NCBI GenBank assembly: GCA_964567555.1
Contig: CAZMNA010000002.1
Coordinates: 5,795-69,794 of the forward strand
Direction: 5' to 3'
Length of the DNA stretch: 64,000 nucleotides
Origin: an uncultured Candidatus Saccharibacteria bacterium
GTDB taxonomy: Bacteria; Patescibacteriota; Saccharimonadia; Saccharimonadales; UBA10212
Shown: positions 1-7,170 of the stretch, in pieces
Layout of the letters: each line of letters begins with the position of its first letter
Numbering within the stretch: position 1 is the stretch's first letter
Translations under genes and position numbers: made by a program
The notes under the pieces: model-generated
What the model saw: the letters and a program-made list of their open reading frames with translations, nothing else
Databases searched by the model: none
Told to the model about the DNA's origin: nothing

Positions 1-38
1 GGAAAAGGTCAGAGGTTCAAGTCCTCTATCACCCACCA
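1..38 (+). tRNA. tRNA, 3' fragment only (window starts inside the gene); isotype not determinable
   Basis: T-arm AGAGG/TTCAAGT/CCTCT followed by acceptor 3' strand ATCACCC, discriminator A and encoded CCA ending at nt 38. It overlaps the last codons of tgt on the other strand. Confidence 0.6.
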
Positions 39-1117
39 TTTTGATATTGCTCGCAGATTCTTTGCAGGTAGCGCAGGTTGTGAATAGAGGTTAGATTGCC
101 GCCCAACGAATTATTGGTCTTAAATAGTTGGCGCATATATGCCCGGCTGAAGCCCTGGGCGCAGGTATAACAATCGCAACCTGTTTGAATAACCTTATTG
201 TCGGTTTTGTAGGTGTTATTGGTTAGAATCATTCGCTTGTCTTTAGCACCCCAGACCATGCCGTGGCGGCCATTGCGGGTGGGTAAAACACAGTCAAACA
301 TATCAATGCCATGCTCAATGGCAAAACGCATGTCTACTGGATCACCGACACCCATCAGATAGCATGGTCTGGTTCTATCGTTAAGGGGCGCCAATAATCT
401 GAGCATAGTGTGCATCTCTTCCCGACTTTCGCCCACGGATAAACCACCGATAGCTATACCATCTACACCTTGTGACTGAACAAATTCAAGACTTCTTTGA
501 CGCAGGTGTTTATTAAGCCCGCCTTGAGCGATGCCGAAAAGAAGCGGCCGGTTGCCAGCTGGTGTTCCTTGGGTTTGTTTTTTAAACTCCCCGGCGCAGC
601 GCTCTAGCCAACGGTGGGTACGCCCCAAGGCCTCCGCCGCCCGGACGCGTTCGGTTGGCGCTAGACCAGTCAGATCGTCTAATGCCATGATGATATCTGA
701 ACCTAGTTGGAGCTGTATTTGAATTGACTTTTCAGGGGTTAAAAATATCTTATCGCCGGTTTTAGGATCCTGAAATTCAACCCCTTCTTCGCTGATTTTA
801 CGGATTTTGGATAGTGAGAAGATTTGAAAGCCACCGGAATCTGTTAGGATAGGCCCCTCCCAGCCAGAAAACCTGTGGAGACCGCCCAGTTTTTTTATCG
901 CATGCTCCCCCGGGGAAAGGTGTAGGTGGTATGTGTTGCAGAGCAAGACTTCCGCTCCGGTGGAGACAACCTGCTCAGGGTTTAATCCCTTCACTGCTCC
1001 GTGAGTGCCAACCGGCATAAAAAACGGTGTTTTAACAAGACCCCGGCGAGTCATTATAACTCCCGAGCGAGCTAGTTTCGGGCCTGCGCTTAACTCCTTA
1101 AAATGGCTTCCGGGCAT
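29..1117 (-). CDS. tgt: queuine tRNA-ribosyltransferase (tRNA-guanine transglycosylase)
   Basis: 362-aa ORF with Tgt hallmarks LTDSGGFQ, GIAIGGLSVGE and the C-terminal zinc site CDCYTC...H. Confidence 0.9.
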   Translation of the reverse strand: MPGSHFKELSAGPKLARSGVIMTRRGLVKTPFFMPVGTHGAVKGLNPEQVVSTGAEVLLCNTYHLHLSPGEHAIKKLGGLHRFSGWEGPILTDSGGFQIFSLSKIRKISEEGVEFQDPKTGDKIFLTPEKSIQIQLQLGSDIIMALDDLTGLAPTERVRAAEALGRTHRWLERCAGEFKKQTQGTPAGNRPLLFGIAQGGLNKHLRQRSLEFVQSQGVDGIAIGGLSVGESREEMHTMLRLLAPLNDRTRPCYLMGVGDPVDMRFAIEHGIDMFDCVLPTRNGRHGMVWGAKDKRMILTNNTYKTDNKVIQTGCDCYTCAQGFSRAYMRQLFKTNNSLGGNLTSIHNLRYLQRICEQYQNGG

Positions 1118-1195
1118 GCCCCTATTGTAAGCATTTTCTATTGACCGGGATAGCCGTTTGTGATAACTTTATCCAGTTAATAGTGAGGTGAGATT

Positions 1196-1303
1196 TTGAG
1201 TACCAAGAAGATTGGTAAGCCGCTTGACGGGTTCAAGCTTTTTTACGAAGAATTAGTAACTAAACCGGCAAACACTAGGGTTCGAAGGGTCAGACGCGGC
1301 TAA
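1196..1303 (+). CDS. small basic ORF (35 aa, TTG start), hypothetical
   Basis: Not in the ORF track. GAGGTGAG SD-like sequence lies 5 nt upstream of TTG. Product MSTKKIGKPLDGFKLFYEELVTKPANTRVRRVRRG. TTGACC -35-like box at 1141, and a strong terminator 30 nt downstream. Confidence 0.3.
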   Translation: MSTKKIGKPLDGFKLFYEELVTKPANTRVRRVRRG

Positions 1304-1334
1304 AAGTTACCGATAAATAAGATTTTAAAAGAAC

Positions 1335-1361
1335 GCCCCTCTACATCAAGAGGGGCTTTTT
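1335..1361 (+). terminator. rho-independent terminator (usable from both strands)
   Basis: GCCCCTCT-acatca-AGAGGGGC followed by TTTTT. The complement also has a T-rich tail, so it could also end the minus-strand ORF 1425..1661. Confidence 0.7.
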
Positions 1362-1424
1362 GTGACCAAAAACGGTGCACTTATCCGGCGACTATCCCCT
1401 CAAGACAGGTAGACACTGCGGACT

Positions 1425-1661
1425 TTAGGAGCGTCCACGTAAGCGATAGAAAATAGCTTTCAAGCCAGTAGGTGGAGGTGGGGATATTGGCTTTTCGGAA
1501 TAAAACCCATCGATTGGACTTGGGTTGCGTCTTTCACCTTCAATCGCAAGCTTTATCAGATTTCCTCTTCCGACTTTTTCTCTACGCTCCTGGTCGGGAG
1601 TAGCAGGTTCAAATCCATCGTCATCATGTCGAACTGGTGGCTCTATTGATCTTTCATCCAT
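1425..1661 (-). CDS. hypothetical acidic/Pro-rich protein (78 aa)
   Basis: ORF only; no recognisable motif; terminator downstream. Confidence 0.3.
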   Translation of the reverse strand: MDERSIEPPVRHDDDGFEPATPDQERREKVGRGNLIKLAIEGERRNPSPIDGFYSEKPISPPPPTGLKAIFYRLRGRS

Positions 1662-1786
1662 AATTTATTAGTCCTTTACAACTATAAAGTATTGTATCAC
1701 CGCTTAACGTAAATTCTACTTGTTGCGACGGTATAGTCGCCACTTATCCACTAGCTTTTTGGCAAGGATTATATCAATATGTAGCT

Positions 1787-2200
1787 ATGGTATGCGTGTA
1801 CTGCGGCGGCAAGACAAGGGTGAGCAATAGTCGCATCCAAAAAAGAAATAACCAGATTTGGCGCCGGCGGGCTTGCTTAGATTGCGGGACCACCTTCACC
1901 ACACACGAGCTAGCTTTTCTGCCAGATTTATTTATGGTTGATAAAAGCGGCGCCCTTACGCCATTTGAACCCTCAAAGCTGCTAATTGACCTATCAGATG
2001 CTCTAAAACACCGTCAGGACCGCTACGTAGCGTCCAGGGAGCTAACGGCCATTATTATTAACAAATTTAGATCAAGCATAGAGGATAAGCCGGTTTTGAG
2101 CGCTAGAGACATTGCTAAAACGACAGCTGATACACTCCGGCACTTTGATAAACGCGGCTGGCAGCGATTTGTGGCCGATTATGCCTATTTAGAGAGTTGA
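1787..2200 (+). CDS. nrdR: NrdR-like transcriptional repressor
   Basis: N-terminal zinc ribbon CVYCGG...CLDCGTTFTT followed by an ATP-cone-like region; 137 aa. Confidence 0.75.
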   Translation: MVCVYCGGKTRVSNSRIQKRNNQIWRRRACLDCGTTFTTHELAFLPDLFMVDKSGALTPFEPSKLLIDLSDALKHRQDRYVASRELTAIIINKFRSSIEDKPVLSARDIAKTTADTLRHFDKRGWQRFVADYAYLES

Positions 2201-3805
2201 GGTACTGGGGCGTTCACCCTTAACGGCCTTCTCTGTTGGAATCAGCCAGCCGATGTACCAGCCAAGCATCAAGCGTGTCTGTGAATATATTGCGGAAAAT
2301 GCCCCATAAAGAATCGATACAAACGGCAGATATGCCCATTGCAGAAGTATCCAAATAGTACGGTGGCGTCTGTAGTGCTCGGGTTTGGGCGGAAGAGTCT
2401 TAAAGCTTATATAAAGCGACACACTAACACCTAAAACTAGGGCGAATAGTTGAAGACGACTAGCTAGATGCGGCAATTGGTTGGCCAAATAGCTTTGGGG
2501 GTGGAGAAAAAGGAGCGGATAAGCAGCAATCAGGATAATAAGCGGCGCGGTTGACCAGCTAACGTGACTTTCCAGCAATCTAAAGAAGCGAACGATTAAA
2601 AGGCGCTTGGAAATATTATTCTTCTTAATAAAGCTGTTATAACCAACGTAAGCGATGTCTGAAGCACCCCACGCCCAGCGGCGCAGCTGGATAAATTGCA
2701 TCTTTAGGGTTCGCCGGTAGGTATCTGCTAAGACCGCATCTTGATAGATTGGCGTAAAAATCGGGTAAACCTCGTGTTTGCCATCGTAGCGAAAGAATGT
2801 CCGCCAGTACTGATGGCCGTCTTCAACAATAGTTCTAACACTCCAAAAATCAGTGTCTATCAAAGCGGCCATGGGCTGGGAGTGGGCCGAAAAGTTCCTC
2901 AGCATATGCGGACGCAGCGCCAACATGGTGTTCCACATAGAATTACCTGTAGCAATTACCCTCATCGGGGCTGGCGCATCCCAGATATTGTTCAGGTAAA
3001 GTGTCACCGGCTGGTAGGAGGCATAGCGCGGCTCTTCGGTTGAACAATAAGTGTAAGTCAAAGCTGCAAAATAGTTTCTGTCAGGCCTATTGTCTGCGTC
3101 CAGGGTCGTTACCAGCACATGCATTGGATCCAGCTTAACTTTAGCTAAATATTTTTTGAGCTCTCGGGCAGCATAGGTAGCATTACCGCCCTTGCCGATG
3201 ATTTCTCCGGCCATCGGCCAGGGGTGCATTACAGCCATAGCGTGGTAAAAATGTTTGCCGAATTTTTTAATAAGGTAATCTGCTGTGGCTTCGATTTCTG
3301 GGCCGCCGCGTTGCTCGTAGCCAAGCACAAGTATCATTTTTTTACCGTCATAGTTGCTATCAACAATCGACTGGATGGTCGGCACCAAAATATCGCGGGA
3401 CTCATTCCAAAAAAGTACCATAACCACGTGGTAGACTTCGCTTGGTTTGATGCGGCTGGCACCGATATATTTTTCAACTCGTTTTAGATTACGGTAATGC
3501 CAGTTTGGTGCTTTTTTGGTATGGGGCACTAGGTCTTCTAAGTCCTGGTTTAAGCCGGTCCAAGGTGCAGCTTTATGCTCGGCCACCAGGCGGTTGGCCT
3601 GAAGGGCTCTTAGGCTAACGCCAATTCCCCTAAACAGCCAAAAAATCAGGTAGGCCAACACAAAGACAGCCGTTATCTGTGGGCCAATTAAGCCCAAAAT
3701 CAGCGGAGACAATAAGATAAGCCACGTTAAAGCCCCTGGCAAAATTTCAAACGCTCGATAGCGCCAATCGCGCTCATCCGGCTGGGGGATTTCGATTGTT
3801 CTCAT
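2189..3805 (-). CDS. processive family-2 glycosyltransferase (cellulose/chitin/hyaluronan-synthase-like), integral membrane
   Basis: 538 aa with TM segments at both ends, LDADNRPD (DxD-type) motif and QLRRW (QxxRW) motif typical of processive GT2 synthases. Confidence 0.75.
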   Translation of the reverse strand: MRTIEIPQPDERDWRYRAFEILPGALTWLILLSPLILGLIGPQITAVFVLAYLIFWLFRGIGVSLRALQANRLVAEHKAAPWTGLNQDLEDLVPHTKKAPNWHYRNLKRVEKYIGASRIKPSEVYHVVMVLFWNESRDILVPTIQSIVDSNYDGKKMILVLGYEQRGGPEIEATADYLIKKFGKHFYHAMAVMHPWPMAGEIIGKGGNATYAARELKKYLAKVKLDPMHVLVTTLDADNRPDRNYFAALTYTYCSTEEPRYASYQPVTLYLNNIWDAPAPMRVIATGNSMWNTMLALRPHMLRNFSAHSQPMAALIDTDFWSVRTIVEDGHQYWRTFFRYDGKHEVYPIFTPIYQDAVLADTYRRTLKMQFIQLRRWAWGASDIAYVGYNSFIKKNNISKRLLIVRFFRLLESHVSWSTAPLIILIAAYPLLFLHPQSYLANQLPHLASRLQLFALVLGVSVSLYISFKTLPPKPEHYRRHRTIWILLQWAYLPFVSILYGAFSAIYSQTRLMLGWYIGWLIPTEKAVKGERPSTSTL

Positions 3806-4158
3806 AGAAGTGATATAAGAGCGTTAGCCACTATAACGGATAGGATTAGCAATAAATCCGCCGAGGCTAGGATGAAAAGAGACATGGATCGCCGCAGTGC
3901 ATACATTTTGTTGCCCAAAAAAATAGCGGCAGCAGCAGTAATCACCATGAAAATAGCTAATGAATAAAGATCGATTGGCTTGCCGCTTTGATAACTGGAG
4001 CCAGAGATATTGGTCCGCCAAGCGACAACAATCGTGGGGTTTTTAGAGACATCAAAGCGTATTAAAACTGAAAGTACACCAACAGTTACCAGAATAGCCA
4101 TAGCCGTTGCCAGCAACAGTACTACCCGATCATGAAAAAACTTCTTATTTGTCTCCAT
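3802..4158 (-). CDS. small multi-pass membrane protein, co-transcribed with the GT2 synthase
   Basis: 4-nt overlap with the GT2 start; hydrophobic helices. I prefer ATG at 4158 (METNKKFF), which has a TAGAAT box at 4182..4187. The track ORF extends to 4248. Confidence 0.5.
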   Translation of the reverse strand: METNKKFFHDRVVLLLATAMAILVTVGVLSVLIRFDVSKNPTIVVAWRTNISGSSYQSGKPIDLYSLAIFMVITAAAAIFLGNKMYALRRSMSLFILASADLLLILSVIVANALISLL

Positions 4159-4307
4159 AAAGCTACCCCATATTCTAGCACGGTCACCCCATACAAAACT
4201 CAGCAAAGGATGGGTATAAATGGTGCGAGATACGAGAATCAAACTCATGCCTCTTGCTTGGGAAGCAAGCGTACTATCATTATACTAATCTCGCCTATTA
4301 AGCTCTT

Positions 4308-4384
4308 TGGAGCCACCTCGGGGACTCGAACCCCGGACCCCCGCTTTACGAAAGCGGTGCTCTAGCCAGCTGAGCTAAGGTGGC
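4308..4384 (-). tRNA. tRNA-Thr (anticodon CGU)
   Basis: Manual cloverleaf on the minus strand: GCCACCT/TA/GCTC-AGCTGGCTA-GAGC/A/CCGCT-TTCGTAA-AGCGG/GGGTC/CGGGG-TTCGAGT-CCCCG/AGGTGGC/T/CCA. Confidence 0.9.
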
Positions 4385-4436
4385 CTGACACCTGAAAGTA
4401 TAACAAAAACTAGCCTACAGGCTGATCTGGCAGGGC

Positions 4437-4991
4437 TTAGCTGTATCTTTTCCGCGCGATACGCTGCATTCGCTTTAGAACCATTTCATCGTCACCCTCA
4501 GACTCGGGACTGTAACCTACAAACGCCAGCCTAGCTATCAATGAGTAAATCAACTCTAGCCTCATTAAAGCTCTGCGTTCTTGGGGGCTATATTCCGTCT
4601 GGGATGCAAACGGATTGATGCTAAAGTTTCCACCCATAGCCTTATGAAAGATTCTGCTCGCTCTATCCATGTGATAATCGGCTGTAACTAGGTTAGCGGC
4701 ACTAAACTGCTCGGGCAACAAAATGTCTCTTTTTGTATAAATAGCGTTGCCAACGGTTTCACGGGAATGGGGCTCAATAAAGATTGCACCTTCAGGAGGC
4801 CCAAGTGGTTCAAAACCGAGCTCGTCTTTCATCAATTCAGAACTGCTGCCTACCAAAATAAGTGGTGTGCCGGTATCTTGCCAAACGTTTAGGCCCAAGT
4901 CTAGTCTCGCCTGTGTATCATTTGAAAGCCCTCCACGTTCACCGCGCGGACCACTTAAGACTACGGTTCCAGTTTTTGTTTTTTCGGGCAC
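4437..4991 (-). CDS. DUF218 (YdcF/SanA/ElyC-like) protein
   Basis: 184 aa. LILVGSSS...GNAIYTK...LVTADYHMDRASRIF resembles the DUF218 core. GTG start preceded by TATAGT-N6. Confidence 0.6.
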   Translation of the reverse strand: MPEKTKTGTVVLSGPRGERGGLSNDTQARLDLGLNVWQDTGTPLILVGSSSELMKDELGFEPLGPPEGAIFIEPHSRETVGNAIYTKRDILLPEQFSAANLVTADYHMDRASRIFHKAMGGNFSINPFASQTEYSPQERRALMRLELIYSLIARLAFVGYSPESEGDDEMVLKRMQRIARKRYS

Positions 4992-5028
4992 AAGTAAACT
5001 ATAGAAAAGAAAGAAATAATAATCAACC

Positions 5029-5060
5029 TGGCGGACCTTAGTGGAGGAAGTGCGGGACTA
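5029..5060 (-). repeat. diverged tRNA-3'-end-like repeat (variant R')
   Basis: Minus strand TAGTCCCGCACTTCCTCCACTAAGGTCCGCCA. It is close to 6513->6483 (AGTTCCAGACTTCTTCCACTAAGGCCCGCCA) and ends in CCGCCA like tRNA-Asp. Confidence 0.5.
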
Positions 5061-5828
5061 CTTTCTGGCGAAGTCGGTAACAATCGGATAATGGTCGGTT
5101 AAGACCTTTGATACAACCTCGCTTCTAACCAGAACGACACCTGAGTACAATATATGGTCTATTTTGCCTCCTTTTGGAGTCGTCCCCAAAGCCTGTAATA
5201 CCTCTTCAAATCTACCTGACCGTAAAAGTTGGGGGAAGAATTCTAGGAGCGATGGATAATCTAGATTGAAATCACCCTGTAGGATGCCATCTCCAATTGA
5301 AGTTGCTAATACTCTTGCTTCCATATCTTCTAATACGGGTTTCGCCAGTTCTGAATAAGGATCAACGCCAAAAGCCCTGAACGGCACTGCGTGTAGTGTT
5401 TGGGCTTGTAAGACAGCTTTGTTGCCCAAGGCAAGATGAACGGAAGTCACGCCCTTATCGTGGCTTCGGGTAGCCCACTCGGCTGTATACCCAGGGTTTA
5501 TAAAGGTTTGGAAGGTGTGATTATCCAATGGGTACCTTGAAATAACCGCTTGCCCAAGATGATAGTCGGGGTCTATATGCGACTCACCGTAATGATCATT
5601 GACCCAGTATGGGTACCCAGCGGCTTCGGCAATTTCTGCAGTCTGGCTGGAGCTACCGTTTTCGTGAGTTTCCTGCAGTGTAACAATATCCGCATTGCTT
5701 TCCTCGATCGTATCAATAATTTCCTCTAAGCCCTCCTGGTCGTAGGGGAAAAGCGTAGGGTCAGCATCAGGGTGGCGTACTTTACCACCACCGATATTCC
5801 ATTGAAGAGCACGGATTACCTCAGACAT
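5058..5828 (-). CDS. endonuclease/exonuclease/phosphatase (EEP) family protein
   Basis: 256 aa with WNIGGG, DIVTLQETH, GDFN and SDHYPIV-type C-terminal motif (LTDHYPIV). Confidence 0.8.
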   Translation of the reverse strand: MSEVIRALQWNIGGGKVRHPDADPTLFPYDQEGLEEIIDTIEESNADIVTLQETHENGSSSQTAEIAEAAGYPYWVNDHYGESHIDPDYHLGQAVISRYPLDNHTFQTFINPGYTAEWATRSHDKGVTSVHLALGNKAVLQAQTLHAVPFRAFGVDPYSELAKPVLEDMEARVLATSIGDGILQGDFNLDYPSLLEFFPQLLRSGRFEEVLQALGTTPKGGKIDHILYSGVVLVRSEVVSKVLTDHYPIVTDFARK

Positions 5829-5867
5829 AAAATAAACAATACCACAAAAAGTGGTATTTGTCTATAC

Positions 5868-5897
5868 TGGCGGGGCATAGAGTCGGATTTCAGAACT
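5868..5897 (-). repeat. tRNA-Asp 3'-end-like direct repeat, copy 3
   Basis: Minus strand AGTTCTGAAATCCGACTCTATGCCCCGCCA, compared with tRNA-Asp GGTTCAAATCCCGTCCGCCCCGCCA. Confidence 0.7.
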
Positions 5898-5908
5898 TTG
5901 TATAGTAG

Positions 5909-6034
5909 CTAGTACCCAATATTTGTGCCGAGATTATGATAAATCACGACCAGCGCTCCAATTATTGCCACAGCTAGGAATATCGCTGAAAGAATAACTA
6001 GCCGGCGATTGTTTATGGTTTTTCTTTTACTCAT
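5909..6034 (-). CDS. 41-aa single-pass membrane peptide
   Basis: Not in the ORF track. Product MSKRKTINNRRLVILSAIFLAVAIIGALVVIYHNLGTNIGY. TATGAT box 6 nt upstream of ATG. Hairpin AATACCAC-aaaaa-GTGGTATT (5838..5858) downstream. Confidence 0.45.
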   Translation of the reverse strand: MSKRKTINNRRLVILSAIFLAVAIIGALVVIYHNLGTNIGY

Positions 6035-6070
6035 GTGGACATCATACAAAAAATAAGCTCCTTACTCAAA

Positions 6071-6110
6071 GTGCTTATGCTTGGCGGGGCTTAGAGTCGG
6101 ATTTCAGAAC
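6071..6110 (-). repeat. tRNA-Asp 3'-end-like direct repeat, copy 2 (includes 11 nt of tRNA 3' flank)
   Basis: Minus strand GTTCTGAAATCCGACTCTAAGCCCCGCCAAGCATAAGCAC. CCCCGCCAAGCATAAGCA is identical to the end and flank of the genuine tRNA-Asp. Confidence 0.75.
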
Positions 6111-6209
6111 AATATTTGCTTAGTTTGGTAAACCTTAGCTATCTGACTTTACGACTAGACAGTAATCTAACAACAGCAAAGATAGCGGTCAACAGAGTTA
6201 TAGCGACTG

Positions 6210-6410
6210 TTACATAAAAGAGTCTGTGAAGCCGGGATGAGCATAGACAAAGTTACAGCCGTTGAGAGGACAATTAAAAACACCGTGAGCGGGATAAACT
6301 ACATTATTAAATACATAGGCCATAGAGTTTGAATAAATGCCTAGGATAATCGTTGCTATAAGTTCGCCAGCGATAATAATAAGTAACTTAACCACGCTCA
6401 AGTGCTTCAT
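6210..6410 (-). CDS. 66-aa membrane-anchored Cys-containing small protein
   Basis: N-terminal TM helix. TATACT box at 6417..6422, 6 nt upstream of ATG. Confidence 0.5.
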   Translation of the reverse strand: MKHLSVVKLLIIIAGELIATIILGIYSNSMAYVFNNVVYPAHGVFNCPLNGCNFVYAHPGFTDSFM

Positions 6411-6427
6411 GAGCTTAGTATATCAAA

Positions 6428-6468
6428 GTGCTTATGCTTGGCGGGGCATAGAGTCGGATTTTAGAACT
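6428..6468 (-). repeat. tRNA-Asp 3'-end-like direct repeat, copy 1
   Basis: Minus strand AGTTCTAAAATCCGACTCTATGCCCCGCCAAGCATAAGCAC. Confidence 0.75.
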
Positions 6469-6482
6469 ACACAGGTCAGTTT

Positions 6483-6513
6483 TGGCGGGCCTTAGTGGAA
6501 GAAGTCTGGAACT
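6483..6513 (-). repeat. diverged tRNA-3'-end-like repeat (variant R')
   Basis: Minus strand AGTTCCAGACTTCTTCCACTAAGGCCCGCCA, lying 15 nt upstream (in the transcription sense) of copy 1. Confidence 0.5.
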
Positions 6514-6532
6514 ATTTTATATCAGAGCAAGC

Positions 6533-7012
6533 TCATGTTCTGGTTGAATAACCCTGGCCTCGGACCTTTATCAGCGCTTGCTCCAGCTCAGTATAAGGTT
6601 CAACTTGTTTAAGCAGGTTACGACTTACCAGTAGAAAGAGGTGGTAGCGATTAGATTGATTATCATAAACCCAAATGCTCATACTGCGTCCTGGTATGCC
6701 TATTCGTTCTATCCGTAAATTGGCTACCGGCAGACGAAAGATTTCTTGGTTTTGTGCATCTTTTAGCAATAGCTCATTATTGACCAGTGTTAGCCTGCCG
6801 CCTTTATTACGAAACGAATTATAATCTCTCAGAACTTTTACCAGATTCCAGGTAAATTGATACCACCTGCGAACGGTACTTTCGAAATCTGCATTCAATG
6901 TTGGCTGAGCTTGTATGGCCTGTTCAGTTTGGCGGACATTCTTTGTTCGGTAGAGAAATAACAAGATAATTACTAAGGGGCCGCCTAATATGACAATCAG
7001 AGTCACAGCCAT
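6533..7012 (-). CDS. membrane-anchored protein (159 aa), possible PH-like C-terminal domain
   Basis: N-terminal TM helix. ATG at 7012 preceded by TATAGT-N6. The track ORF starts 6 nt earlier at TTG. Confidence 0.5.
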   Translation of the reverse strand: MAVTLIVILGGPLVIILLFLYRTKNVRQTEQAIQAQPTLNADFESTVRRWYQFTWNLVKVLRDYNSFRNKGGRLTLVNNELLLKDAQNQEIFRLPVANLRIERIGIPGRSMSIWVYDNQSNRYHLFLLVSRNLLKQVEPYTELEQALIKVRGQGYSTRT

Positions 7013-7040
7013 AGTCAAACTATACCATAATGCTTATGCT

Positions 7041-7116
7041 TGGCGGGGCGGACGGGATTTGAACCCGCGACCTTCTCCGTGACAGGGAGACGAGCACTCC
7101 GCTGCTCCACCGCCCC
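7041..7116 (-). tRNA. tRNA-Asp (anticodon GUC)
   Basis: Manual cloverleaf GGGGCGG/TG/GAGC-AGCGGAGT-GCTC/G/TCTCC-CTGTCAC-GGAGA/AGGTC/GCGGG-TTCAAAT-CCCGT/CCGCCCC/G/CCA. Confidence 0.9.
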
Positions 7117-7170
7117 TCGCCGCAATTTATGCGCTAGAACAGATGTAAGTTTAGCAAAAACCGGCGCCCC

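Noticed and set aside
1678-1695. ACAACTATAAAGTATTGT, a partial palindrome upstream of nrdR that might be an NrdR box.
   Set aside because: Only the outer 4 nt are complementary. There is no second box at the usual spacing and no nrd gene nearby.
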